A DNA stretch of 63,842 nt, the filler included. It is 4 parts of 4 records of this genome, joined end to end, with 100 filler letters (N's around TTAATTAATTAA, not from the genome) between each part and the next. Parts side by side here need not be neighbours in the genome. Positions count along the whole stretch, not along the records: positions 42,637 to 58,737 come from DRR723986_7815; positions 58,838 to 63,842 come from DRR723986_7867; 2 more parts are not named here. The stretch is one strand, 5' to 3'. Under the pieces are notes generated by a model. That model was not told where the DNA came from, searched no databases, and worked only from the letters and a program-made list of their open reading frames with translations. A program made the position numbers and the translations under genes. Shown in pieces: positions 49,893-59,596 of this stretch (positions are counted from its first letter, which is position 1; the number at the start of each line of letters is the position of its first letter).

Positions 49893-51320
49893 ATGAGCCT
49901 GTGGCTGTGCCTGCGCTTCGACCAGCTGCCCCTGCAATGCCTCGAGCGCGGCGAGGAGCACCCGATTGTGGTGCTTGAGAAGCAACGGGTTGTGAGGGCC
50001 AATGACTGCGCGGCAGCGCTTGGCATCAAGCCAGGCCAGGGTAGTACCACGGTGCGCGCACTCGCGGCGGAGCAAACGCTAAAACTGCTGGAGCGGGACC
50101 GGGCAACGGAGCAGCGCTGCCTCCAGCAGCTGTGTTGCTGGGCCTACAGCATAACCCCCAGCCTGCACTCGTGGCGGGAAGACTGCCTGCAATTGGAAGT
50201 TGGCGGCTGCCTGAACCTCTACCGGGGCCTGGATAGCCTGCTGGCCGAGGTGAGCGGCGGCCTGGCCAGTCGCGGTTACCGGGTACAGCGCGGCTTGGCA
50301 CCGACACCCAAGGCCGCCTGGCTGTTATCCCACGCGGAACCGGAACAGGCCCTGGCTTTTACCGGCGAGCTGGACCAGCGCCTCGCCCCCCTCCCCCTGT
50401 CCCTGATCGACGAGCACAGCACCACGGTCAATTCCCTGCGCCGGGCTGGCCTGCACTGTTTCGGCGATATTCTCAGTCTGTCAGCCACGGCGCTGGGGCG
50501 GCGCTGCGGCAGTGGCTTTATCAACTACCTGCAGCAGGTGCTGGGCCAGCGGGATGACCTGCAGGTCGATTACCAGCCCCCCGCCCGGTTCAATGATGAG
50601 TACTGGTTCGGTTACGAGGTCAAGGCCAACAACGAACTGCAGCCCGCGGTGCAGCTGCTGTTACAGTCCCTGTGCCGTTTCCTGCGCAACACCCAGCTGC
50701 AGACCGGCGAGATCTGCTGGGAATTCATCGGAGTCGATCACAGCCTGCGCCGACTGCCGGTGCGCAGCAGCACCCGCAGCAGCGACTGGCAGAACTGGTA
50801 CGAACTCACCCGCATCCACCTGGAGCGACAGCAACTGACTGTCGGAGTGGAAGGGCTGGCCCTGAGCTGCGACCAGCTACAACCGGGACAGCTGGCGAGC
50901 GCGGACCTGTTCAGTTCCCGCCACCAGCGCGAACCCCTGGGCAGCCTGCTGGACAGGCTGCGCAGCCGGCTTGGCTTGCAGGCTATCGCCAAGCTGGGTT
51001 GTCGCGATGAACACCTGCCGGAACACGCCGTGCACATCGCCCAGGATGACCCCGGCGACGAGCACAGCACCAGCCACACCTGCACCCAGCGCCCTTTCTG
51101 GCTCATGCCGCAGCCACAACCGCTGCAACAGCGGGACCGGCAGTTGTACTGGAACGGCCCCCTGCGCCTGGTCTACGGCCCCGAGCGCATCGAGGACAAC
51201 TGGTGGTTGCAGCCGGTCAGTCGCGACTATTTTATTGCTGAAGACGGTCGCGGCCAGCATTTCTGGGTCTATCGCGACCGGCTGGTAAGGCACTGGTATA
51301 TCCAGGGAATCTTCCCCTGA
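49893..51320 (+). CDS. imuB: Y-family polymerase-like ImuB
   Basis: LWLCL, AAALGIKPG, LEVGGCLNLY, APTPKAAWL, DEHLPE, RPFWL, GPERIEDNWW, RDYF. Confidence 0.9.
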   Translation: MSLWLCLRFDQLPLQCLERGEEHPIVVLEKQRVVRANDCAAALGIKPGQGSTTVRALAAEQTLKLLERDRATEQRCLQQLCCWAYSITPSLHSWREDCLQLEVGGCLNLYRGLDSLLAEVSGGLASRGYRVQRGLAPTPKAAWLLSHAEPEQALAFTGELDQRLAPLPLSLIDEHSTTVNSLRRAGLHCFGDILSLSATALGRRCGSGFINYLQQVLGQRDDLQVDYQPPARFNDEYWFGYEVKANNELQPAVQLLLQSLCRFLRNTQLQTGEICWEFIGVDHSLRRLPVRSSTRSSDWQNWYELTRIHLERQQLTVGVEGLALSCDQLQPGQLASADLFSSRHQREPLGSLLDRLRSRLGLQAIAKLGCRDEHLPEHAVHIAQDDPGDEHSTSHTCTQRPFWLMPQPQPLQQRDRQLYWNGPLRLVYGPERIEDNWWLQPVSRDYFIAEDGRGQHFWVYRDRLVRHWYIQGIFP

Positions 51321-51602
51321 GCGTCGAAAAATTGTGGGGCGATAGCGCCAACGCTCCCCATATGAGCCTTCGAGCCCAGCAAGAAATCAGCTATCTCTTT
51401 GTATTTATTAGCTTATTTCGCCATGAGGACCAGATCGGACCCTGGAAACGGCAAATATGAACTATTTATTACAATTATGTTTCAAGATGGATCGGTCGAT
51501 ATTTTCACCTGTATAGTTTCACCCAGATGCCTAGCAAAGCATTGTTTCAAAAATATTACAGAGGCGTGAAACTTACTCGCCGTGAGGCGAAGGAGACCAA
51601 AA

Positions 51603-51953
51603 ATGAAAACTATCGTAAAAGCACTGGTACTCGCATTACCGCTGGTCGCCAGCGGGGCATATGCCGATATTACCGAGGACTGCATCGTTGAAGGTACAGT
51701 CGACAAAGAGCGCGCTGAGCGCCTGGGCACACCCGTCTTCGTGGAGTTCCATTCCGCCAAGAGCGGCGAAGAAGCCCGTTGCAGCATGCAGCGCAAGAGC
51801 AAGAGCCACCGGGTGGAGTTCAAGGCACCGAGCACCGATGGTATCGAGCAGGCACCGCACGGATCCAAGGTGAAGTATCGCTACACCGAGGAAAACAACC
51901 AGGACGGCAAATGGGAACTGCTGGACGTATCCGGCGGCACCACTTCCTCCTGA
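51603..51953 (+). CDS. Secreted hypothetical protein
   Basis: AGGAG RBS, signal peptide MKTIVKALVLALPLVASGAYA, followed by a hairpin. Confidence 0.7.
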   Translation: MKTIVKALVLALPLVASGAYADITEDCIVEGTVDKERAERLGTPVFVEFHSAKSGEEARCSMQRKSKSHRVEFKAPSTDGIEQAPHGSKVKYRYTEENNQDGKWELLDVSGGTTSS

Positions 51954-51972
51954 TCATCTAGCATTACTATCC

Positions 51973-51998
51973 GGGCCGGCAACAGCCGGCCCCATTTC
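51973..51998. terminator. Terminator hairpin between convergent genes
   Basis: GGGCCGGC-aaca-GCCGGCCC followed by a T-rich tract. Confidence 0.6.
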
Positions 51999-52535
51999 TT
52001 ATTTCGTATTCTGCGACTGATCGACCCAGATCAGGGCATCGGTATCAAACCCCAGCTCCGCCGCTCGCTGTACAAAGCGCGCACGCACCGCTTCATCGAC
52101 CTTAGGTTTGCGGGCAAGCAACCAGAGATAGCCCGTCGTGTTGCCGGAGACAAAGGCGTACTGGTAGTCCGCGTCGAGTTCAAACACTACGTAACTGCCG
52201 TAGAACGGGCCGAAAAAGGATACCTTCAGGTAGCCTGAGTCCGGGCCCTCGCCGAACTTGGCCTTGCCCTCAATGTCATCCCACTGGCCCTCGTCACTGG
52301 CATAGCCGCGGTTGACTACCCGCACCATCCCGTCGTCCCGCATGCTGTATTGCGCGCTGACCCCGGTAAGACCCCGCTCGAAGACGTGATCCAGCCGGGC
52401 TATCTCGTACCAGGTGCCGAGATAGCGCGGCAACTCGAAATCCTGCACCGGCGTGACCGTCTTCGGCATGGCCTGGCAGCCACACAGCAGCAAGCCGAAC
52501 AGCAAGACGCTGCAAAACCTCAGATAAACTCCCAT
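51999..52535 (-). CDS. blc: Outer-membrane lipocalin Blc
   Basis: Lipobox LCGC; FELPRYLGTWYEIARLDH, LKVSFFGPFY, YLWLLAR. Confidence 0.88.
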   Translation of the reverse strand: MGVYLRFCSVLLFGLLLCGCQAMPKTVTPVQDFELPRYLGTWYEIARLDHVFERGLTGVSAQYSMRDDGMVRVVNRGYASDEGQWDDIEGKAKFGEGPDSGYLKVSFFGPFYGSYVVFELDADYQYAFVSGNTTGYLWLLARKPKVDEAVRARFVQRAAELGFDTDALIWVDQSQNTK

Positions 52536-52552
52536 CAAAACTCCTCCTGATC

Positions 52553-52852
52553 TCAAATCTGGCTGCCGGGGTCGGCAAGTGCGCGCTCTACTGCCGCCCG
52601 CGCGTGGATAGCAGTCGTATCATACAGGGGCAGGCTGGCCTGTTCCGCCGCAAGCAGCAGGGTGATTTCGGTGCAGCCGGCAATCACAAAGTCGGCGCCG
52701 GCCGCTTCCACGCTGCGCGCACACTCGGCAAGCCGGGGCCCGGCGCGATCCCGGTCGCCCGCCACCTGCAATTGCTCGATCTCGGCAAAGTCGACGCTGA
52801 CCATGGCGATCGGCGCGGAGTGCAGGCCGCCCAGCAAGCCGATGGTTTTCAT
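52553..52852 (-). pseudogene. Internally deleted Asp/Glu racemase-family gene (99 aa, still in frame)
   Basis: MKTIGLLGG|LHSA...AGADF|VIAGCTEI...DTTAIHA; the MSWEST helix and the first catalytic Cys region are missing. Confidence 0.75.
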
Positions 52853-52877
52853 GCGAAGCCTGCCGTTCGTGGGCCGG

Positions 52878-54089
52878 TCATGGCGCCGGATCACCTGACC
52901 CGGACGACGACCTTGCCGCCGACTCCACTGCGGCCATACGGTGCAGCGCCAGCCGGGTAAAGACCGGCCCCAGTATCTCGAAGACAATGGTCGAGGCGAT
53001 CGTCATCGACAGCAGTTGCTGGCGATACTCTGGAAAGTGGTTAGCCGCAACCAGCGCCATACCGATGGCCACCCCCGCCTGGGGGAGTAGCGCTGGACCC
53101 ATCCAGCGCTGGGTCGGGGCACTGGCACCGGCGGGAATGCCACCCAGCCACGCGCCGATCATCTTGCCGAGCACGCGACTTACCAGGAAAGCGACGCCCA
53201 ACACGCCCAGGCTGAGCACGCCGTCGACGTCCAGCGAGGCACCAGCGAGTACAAAAAAAATCACCAGGAACGGCTGCTCGATGCCTTCAATGGCATGAAA
53301 CGGGTGCTTGTGGTGCTGGGCGGCATTGGCAATCACGGCACCCATGGTCATCGTGGCGATCAGGTAGGAGACTTCCAGCCACAACGCCAGACCACCGCAC
53401 AGCAGGACCAGCCCCAGGGCCTCAGTCAGGATAGGTTCGCCCTTGCGCACCCGCCCGGTAAGGAAAGCGCCGGGGTAGCCGATCAACAGGCCCAGGGCCA
53501 GGGCACCACCGATCTCGCGACCCGCGGCCACCATAAACGATACCGTTCCCTCGGTACCCGCCATTGAAGCCACCAGCGCCACACCACCACTGAACAGCAC
53601 CAGGGCCCAGACGTCATCCAGGGCGACAATGGCCAGCAACACGCGCCCGAACCGGGTTTTCCGCCCCATCTCCGTGACCACGTCGAGCACTGCGGCGGCA
53701 TCCGTCGCCGAGGCGATACAGCCCAGCAGTATCGCCAGGCCCAGGGGCGCACCCACCAGGTACAGGGCACCCGCCACAAAGGCGGCGGTCACCAGAGCGG
53801 CGACTGCAGAGATCCAGAACACTTCCCCGGTGGCCTTGGCCAGTGACTTGCCGGTCAATTGCCCGCCCAACAGGAAACCAACCATCAGCAGGGCAACATT
53901 GGCGATCAGCTCGAACCAACCGGTGAAGGCGGCGGGTATCAGGTTTAAGCCGTTTTCCCCGATCAGCACACCGAACAGCAGCAGCAAGGTTACCCGGGGC
54001 AGGAAAGACCGCCGCCCGATGGTCGATGTCAGCAGGCCCAGCAACAGCATGCCCGACACGGTGAGCAGCAGCGGGTAGGCTGGCTCCAT
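52878..54089 (-). CDS. Cation:proton antiporter (CPA2-like)
   Basis: Many TM segments; ASATDAAA, VALDD, FFVLAGA, PQAGVAIG. Confidence 0.85.
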   Translation of the reverse strand: MEPAYPLLLTVSGMLLLGLLTSTIGRRSFLPRVTLLLLFGVLIGENGLNLIPAAFTGWFELIANVALLMVGFLLGGQLTGKSLAKATGEVFWISAVAALVTAAFVAGALYLVGAPLGLAILLGCIASATDAAAVLDVVTEMGRKTRFGRVLLAIVALDDVWALVLFSGGVALVASMAGTEGTVSFMVAAGREIGGALALGLLIGYPGAFLTGRVRKGEPILTEALGLVLLCGGLALWLEVSYLIATMTMGAVIANAAQHHKHPFHAIEGIEQPFLVIFFVLAGASLDVDGVLSLGVLGVAFLVSRVLGKMIGAWLGGIPAGASAPTQRWMGPALLPQAGVAIGMALVAANHFPEYRQQLLSMTIASTIVFEILGPVFTRLALHRMAAVESAARSSSGSGDPAP

Positions 54090-54311
54090 CAGCGTGACGC
54101 CACCAGCGCGCCCGGTACAGCAGCGGGCAGGCGGGTTAGCGGATGCAGGCGGGCAAAGAACATGCGTCAAGAGTACAACACGCCGATAGCGATTACCCGC
54201 ATCCGCTAGCCCCGCCCGGCAACAGCTCGGCGCACTGCCGCACGCGTCTCCGCTGCCTGTTGCCGTACAGACCCGGCTGCCTCCAAACCCATCCAGCCTA
54301 CCCGATGGATG

Positions 54312-54557
54312 TCACTCCAGTTGCCGGCCGTATCGCGCGCAACGGTAACGCTTGAATTGCTCCTGGCTCTGCAGCCGCGCGCGCTTCCAGGTACGCATCT
54401 GGCTGTTTGAACCACCGCCCCGGCGTTTCACGGTGTAGTGTTCCATCCGGTCTTTCAGGCGCTGGCATTGGGCCAGCGAACCATCACCGGCACTCGCCGG
54501 CGGGCCGGCAACCAGGACCAATGGCAACAGCATCACTGGCAATACGGGGTTTTTCAT
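54312..54557 (-). CDS. Small secreted basic hypothetical protein
   Basis: GAGG RBS, signal-like N-terminus, C...RRGGG...C. Confidence 0.55.
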   Translation of the reverse strand: MKNPVLPVMLLPLVLVAGPPASAGDGSLAQCQRLKDRMEHYTVKRRGGGSNSQMRTWKRARLQSQEQFKRYRCARYGRQLE

Positions 54558-54688
54558 AACGGGCACCTCCCTGTGCCGCAACCACTCTACCCACCCCGGG
54601 TAGACTCGGAAACGGTCGAATCCGTCCATCCGTCGCCAGCGGCCAATACCAGGCAGAACGGAGGGGGGGCTTGCATTCGGCGCATTTT

Positions 54689-54716
54689 CATATACTGTAT
54701 ATATATACAGTATATG
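54689..54716 (+). promoter_or_regulatory. Perfect-consensus LexA box within a 28-bp palindrome upstream of dnaE2
   Basis: CATATA-CTGT-ATATATAT-ACAG-TATATG. Confidence 0.93.
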
Positions 54717-54782
54717 ATGGGCATACCCTCCCCGCTGCCTTTACGGCCAGCCCGAAACCGGGCATTGCGGGGCTCCTGAACG

Positions 54783-57700
54783 ATGAACTACGCCGAACTG
54801 CACTGCCTGAGCTGCTACAGCTTCCTGCGCGGCGCGTCCCAGCCCGCCGAGCTGGTGGAACGCGCCGCCGGGCTGGGGTATACGGCGATTGCCATCACCG
54901 ACGAGTGCTCTCTGGCAGGGGTGGTAAAAGCCCATGTGGCAGCACGGGAGCAAGGCATACAGCTCATTATCGGCAGCGAGTTCCAGCTAACCGAGGGCAT
55001 CCGCCTGGTAGCTCTGGCGCCCTCCCGAGCCGCCTACAGCGAACTGTCCGGGCTAATCAGCATGGCCCGGCGGCGCAGCCCCAAGGGGGAGTACCAGGCC
55101 ACCCTGCGGGACGTGATTTTCCACCTGAAACGCTGCCTGCTGATCTGGCTGCCACGGGAAGACGGCGAGACCGAACGCGCCTACGGGCGGCAGCTGGGCC
55201 GCCTGTGCGAGGGCCGGGTCTGGCTTGGTGTCAGCCACCTGCTGGGCAACAACGAGCTGGGTCGCTACCAGTCGCTACTGACCCTCGCCGGAGAAACCGG
55301 CATCCCCCTGGTGGCCTGTGGTGATGTACAGATGCACTGCGCCGGCCGCAAGCCGCTGCACGATGTGTTCAACGCCCTGCGCCACAACACCTCAATCCAG
55401 CAACTCGGCAGGCGGCGCATGGCCAACAGCCAGCAGCACCTGCGCACCATCGACAAGCTGGCAACGCTCTATCCACCGGACCTGCTGCAGGAGACCCTGC
55501 ACATTGCCGGGCAGTGCCGGTTCAGCCTGGACGAACTGCGCTACGAGTACCCGGAGGAGGTAGTGCCGGCGGGCTTTGACGCCAACAGCTACCTGCGCCA
55601 CCTGGTTGCCGATGGCGCCGCGACGCGATGGCCAGCCGGGGTACCGGACGACATCCAGCAGCGCATCAACACCGAGCTGGCACTGATCAGTGAGCTGGAT
55701 TACGAGTACTACTTCCTCACGGTGTACGACATCGTGCGCTTCGCCCGCTCCCGTGACATTCTCTGCCAGGGCCGCGGCTCGGCAGCCAATTCGGTCGTGT
55801 GCTACTGCCTGTTCATCACCGAGGTGTCACCGCAGCAGGTGTCCCTGCTGTTCGAGCGATTTATCTCCCGGGAGCGGGATGAGCCACCGGATATCGACGT
55901 GGACTTCGAGCACGAACGGCGCGAGGAAATCATCCAGTACATCTACCGCAAGTACAGTCGACGACGGGCCGCGCTGGCGGCCACGGTAATCACCTACCGG
56001 GCCCGCAGCGCGGTGCGCGATGTCGGCAAGGCCCTGGGCCTGGACCCGGTATTTGTCGACGACCTGGCCAAGTCCCTGGCCTGGTGGGACCGCAGCAAGG
56101 ACCTGGCCAAGCGGTTTGAGGAACAGGGCGTGTCCGGTCACAGCCAGCAGGCGGGGCTGTTCTATGAACTGGTGCAGCAGATCCTCGGCTTCCCCCGCCA
56201 CCTGTCGCAACATGTGGGGGGCTTCGTCATCACCCGCAGCCCGATCTCCACCCTGGTGCCGGTGGAGAACGCCAGCATGGCGGAGCGCACCATCATCCAG
56301 TGGGACAAGGAAGACATCGAGGCCCTGGGCCTGCTGAAGGTCGATATCCTGGCCCTGGGCATGCTGTCGGCAATCCGCAAGAGCCTGCAGATGGTGCACC
56401 GCTACTGCCCGCACATCCGCAGCATCAGTGATATCCCGAAAGAGGACCAGGCAACCTACCGCATGTTGCAGGAAGCGGACTCAATCGGCGTGTTCCAGAT
56501 CGAGTCGCGGGCCCAGATGTCGATGCTGCCGCGCCTCAAGCCGTCCTGCTTCTACGACCTGGTGATCGAAATCGCGATCGTCCGCCCAGGGCCTATCCAG
56601 GGCGACATGGTCCATCCTTACCTGCGGCGCAAGCAGGGGCTGGAGGCCATTACCTATCCCAACGACGCGATCAAGTCGGTGCTCGAGCGCACCCTGGGTG
56701 TCCCCATCTTCCAGGAGCAGGTGATCAAACTGGCCATGGTCGCGGCGGGCTTCAGCGGCGGCGAGGCAGACCAGCTGCGCCGCGCGATTACCAACTGGGG
56801 CAAGAACAGCAAGCTGCTCACCTTCGAACAAAAGCTCACCCGGGGCATGATCGAGCGCGGCTACGACGAGGACTTCGCCCGGCGCCTGTTCGACCAGATC
56901 AAGGGCTTCGGTGGTTACGGCTTCCCCGAGTCACACTCCGCCAGCTTCGCGCTGCTCGCCTATATTTCCGCCTGGCTAAAACGCCATCACCCGGCGGCAT
57001 TTTATGCGGGCCTGCTCAACAGCCAGCCGATGGGCTTCTATACCCCGTCGCAACTGCTGCAGGATGCACAACGCCACCAGGTGGCAGTACTGCCCATCGA
57101 TGTAAACCACAGTGACTGGGATCACCAGCTGCTGGACGGGCGCGGCAACGGCCAAAGCCAGCCACCGATCCGCCTCGGCCTGCGCCTGGTGAAAGGCCTG
57201 AGCCGGGAGGGGGCCCAGCGCATTGTCGATGCCCGGCGCCAGGCCCCGTTTCGCCAGATCAGCAACCTGCGCCAGCGGGCGCAACTGGATCGGCGCGACA
57301 TGGAGGCCCTGGCGGACGCCGATGCCCTGGCGTCACTGAGCGGCCACCGGCACCAGTCCCAGTGGCAGATCATGGCGCTGGAACAACCCAGGCCACTGCT
57401 GCAGGACGAGCAGCAACAGCCCGGGAGCTACTTCAATGACGAGGTGCAGTTACCGGCGCCGGGTATTGCCGAGGACGTGCTGGCGGATTACCGCGCCACC
57501 GGGCTTACCCTGCGCGCGCATCCCATGAGCCTGCTGCGCGATCGCTATCCCTTCAACCGCTGCAAGCGCTTCGCCGACCTGGCGACAATTGGCAACAAGC
57601 GCTTCATCCGCATCGCGGGCCTGGTGACCTGCCGCCAACGGCCCGGCACCGCCTCGGGTGTGCTGTTCCTGACCCTGGAAGACGAGACCGGCAACAGCAA

Positions 57701-57881
57701 TATCGTGGTATGGACACGCACCCAGGAGCAGTTCCGCAAGGCCCTGATGACCGGCCAGCTGCTGCTGGTCAAAGGCACCCTGGAAACCCGCGATAACGTC
57801 ACCCACATTATCGCGGGTGCGATTCTCGACTACACCAGCGAACTGGAAGCACTGAACATCAAGTCGCGGGATTTTCACTGA
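54783..57881 (+). CDS. dnaE2: Error-prone DNA polymerase DnaE2 (ImuC)
   Basis: YAELHCLSCYSFLRGAS, GRGSAANS, EPPDIDVDFEH, RQRPGTASG, C-terminal SRDFH. Confidence 0.96.
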   Translation: MNYAELHCLSCYSFLRGASQPAELVERAAGLGYTAIAITDECSLAGVVKAHVAAREQGIQLIIGSEFQLTEGIRLVALAPSRAAYSELSGLISMARRRSPKGEYQATLRDVIFHLKRCLLIWLPREDGETERAYGRQLGRLCEGRVWLGVSHLLGNNELGRYQSLLTLAGETGIPLVACGDVQMHCAGRKPLHDVFNALRHNTSIQQLGRRRMANSQQHLRTIDKLATLYPPDLLQETLHIAGQCRFSLDELRYEYPEEVVPAGFDANSYLRHLVADGAATRWPAGVPDDIQQRINTELALISELDYEYYFLTVYDIVRFARSRDILCQGRGSAANSVVCYCLFITEVSPQQVSLLFERFISRERDEPPDIDVDFEHERREEIIQYIYRKYSRRRAALAATVITYRARSAVRDVGKALGLDPVFVDDLAKSLAWWDRSKDLAKRFEEQGVSGHSQQAGLFYELVQQILGFPRHLSQHVGGFVITRSPISTLVPVENASMAERTIIQWDKEDIEALGLLKVDILALGMLSAIRKSLQMVHRYCPHIRSISDIPKEDQATYRMLQEADSIGVFQIESRAQMSMLPRLKPSCFYDLVIEIAIVRPGPIQGDMVHPYLRRKQGLEAITYPNDAIKSVLERTLGVPIFQEQVIKLAMVAAGFSGGEADQLRRAITNWGKNSKLLTFEQKLTRGMIERGYDEDFARRLFDQIKGFGGYGFPESHSASFALLAYISAWLKRHHPAAFYAGLLNSQPMGFYTPSQLLQDAQRHQVAVLPIDVNHSDWDHQLLDGRGNGQSQPPIRLGLRLVKGLSREGAQRIVDARRQAPFRQISNLRQRAQLDRRDMEALADADALASLSGHRHQSQWQIMALEQPRPLLQDEQQQPGSYFNDEVQLPAPGIAEDVLADYRATGLTLRAHPMSLLRDRYPFNRCKRFADLATIGNKRFIRIAGLVTCRQRPGTASGVLFLTLEDETGNSNIVVWTRTQEQFRKALMTGQLLLVKGTLETRDNVTHIIAGAILDYTSELEALNIKSRDFH

Positions 57882-58368
57882 CCTCGGTCACCGCCTTCAG
57901 AAACTGCTGCAACTCGCCGATGACCGCCTTGCGGATCCCGTCCAGCAGGTACTTTCCGTCATCCCGCCCGGCGGTGCGCGTCTGCCAGTGACCGCTCTCC
58001 ATATCACAGGCCATGATCGAATCCAGCTCATCGAGGTGCTGCGGGTAGGCCAGGCCGCACCAACTGGTATCGACAAACTGGGAGTAACCGAACACTTCCT
58101 CCTCGGGCCCCTCGTTCTCGATACAGGTGACGGCAACGAACAGGAAGGCATCTTTCCAGGCACTCGATGAACGGATCTTTGCCCGGGCCAGTTCGCCGTC
58201 TATCAGGCGCTGCGCATCCTGCGCCGAGAACGGGCAGTCACCACGAACCTTCAGGCCAACATAGAGCTGGCCACCGGCCACCTCTGCAGAGCCGCGCAGG
58301 AACGGGCTGTAGGCGGCGACGGCATGGGACAGCGAGAACAGGAACACACCCAGGATAAGCTGCTTCAT
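57859..58368 (-). CDS. Secreted hypothetical protein
   Basis: Signal peptide MKQLILGVFLFSLSHAVAA; short convergent overlap with dnaE2. Confidence 0.6.
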   Translation of the reverse strand: MKQLILGVFLFSLSHAVAAYSPFLRGSAEVAGGQLYVGLKVRGDCPFSAQDAQRLIDGELARAKIRSSSAWKDAFLFVAVTCIENEGPEEEVFGYSQFVDTSWCGLAYPQHLDELDSIMACDMESGHWQTRTAGRDDGKYLLDGIRKAVIGELQQFLKAVTEVSENPAT

Positions 58369-58444
58369 GAAGGACCCTCTGTGCAGATGACAGGCTGGAT
58401 AAGGGTACTAGAAAAACGCAGCGGTCGCGGCCCGATCTGCAGGC

Positions 58445-58476
58445 AAAAAAAAGCCGGGCTTTCAGCAAAGCCCGGC
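58445..58476 (-). terminator. Rho-independent terminator after peroxiredoxin
   Basis: GCCGGGCTTT-N4-AAAGCCCGGC followed by U8 on the minus strand. Confidence 0.85.
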
Positions 58477-58499
58477 AGAATCGACCTGGATGGACCTGT

Positions 58500-58737
58500 T
58501 TAGCCGACGAAGGCCAGGCGCGGTTCGGAAACGCCTTCTGCCTCGGAGCCCTTGAGGTAGGCAAGCATAGTGTCGGCATCGGACACTTCGAACGGATCGG
58601 TCGGGCAGTTGTCACCAAAGTCCCGCTCGACAAACATCTTCTCGATCTCGCCGTTGTCGACGACCATGGAGTAGCGCCAGGAACGCATGCCGAAGCCCAG
58701 GTTCGACTTGTCGACCAGCATACCCATCTTGCGGGTG
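58500..58737 (-). CDS. Peroxiredoxin (Prx5 type), C-terminal part
   Basis: [26 protein letters not shown]...[12 protein letters not shown]. Confidence 0.85.
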
Positions 58738-58837
58738 NNNNNNNNNNNNNNNNNNNNNNNNNNNNNNNNNNNNNNNNNNNNTTAATTAATTAANNNNNNN
58801 NNNNNNNNNNNNNNNNNNNNNNNNNNNNNNNNNNNNN
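58738..58837. other. Artificial contig spacer
   Basis: N runs flanking TTAATTAATTAA. Confidence 0.97.
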
Positions 58838-58858
58838 TTGCCTCCCCAGACCCCTCCA

Positions 58859-58948
58859 AGGTATTTGAGGACCAAAGAAGCAAGGGACGGCTCCCCTCTT
58901 CTTTGGTCTTGAAAAACCTCGGAGAGCACGAGAGGCAGCGCCTCTCGT
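58859..58948. repeat. REP-like inverted repeat pair plus hairpin
   Basis: AGGTATTTGAGGACCAAAGAAG (58859) against CTTCTTTGGTCTTGAAAAACCT (58898), 19/22 complementary; ACGAGAGGC-agc-GCCTCTCGT at 58928-58948. Confidence 0.6.
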
Positions 58949-59030
58949 ACGGTCGCTTGTCGACCGTCTTCCGTGATCGCAGATACCGCGACCCAGCGGC
59001 GTATCGGTCCGGACTCAAGCGAGCCGACAG

Positions 59031-59357
59031 TCAGTTCATCTGGAAATGAAGCGCGTAGCTGCCGTCCTCGAAGGCGCCGAAGAGGTCGGGGATGTCCGGG
59101 TGGTCCACCGGTTCACCCGAGTAGTCGGCCACGAGGTTCTGTTCCGAGACATAGGCCACGTAGAAGCTCTGCTCGTTTTCGGCGAGCAGGTGGTAGAAGG
59201 GCTGGTCCTTCACAGGGCGGTTTTCCTCGGGGATGGCTTCGTACCATTCCTCGGTGTTGTTGAACTCGGGATCGACGTCGAAGACCACACCGCGGAACGG
59301 GTGCTTGCGGTGGCGGACGACCTGTCCCAGATGATATTTCGCGCGCGTACGGAGCAT
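59031..59357 (-). CDS. hspQ: Heat shock protein HspQ (YccV-like)
   Basis: AKYHLGQVVRHRKHPFRGVVFDVDP...QPFYHLLAEN...AYVSEQNL. Confidence 0.92.
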   Translation of the reverse strand: MLRTRAKYHLGQVVRHRKHPFRGVVFDVDPEFNNTEEWYEAIPEENRPVKDQPFYHLLAENEQSFYVAYVSEQNLVADYSGEPVDHPDIPDLFGAFEDGSYALHFQMN

Positions 59358-59596
59358 GTGCCTTCCCTCTTGCAGTCCCAATCCTACCGCCGACCGGGGC
59401 CGAAAGTCCAACTTTTGCCTTATTTCCGCCGGAAACACTCTGTGAAGCGCCTTCCAACAGTGCTGTTCCCGCGGTTGTCTCGCAGCCCGTCCCGGGCGTC
59501 AATGCGGGTTTCCGCGCCCTCCGGAAATGTGATTTCCACCGCGCAACGGATCAGGTAGACTGCCCGCAAAGAAAAAACAACAGACGCGAGAGGCAA

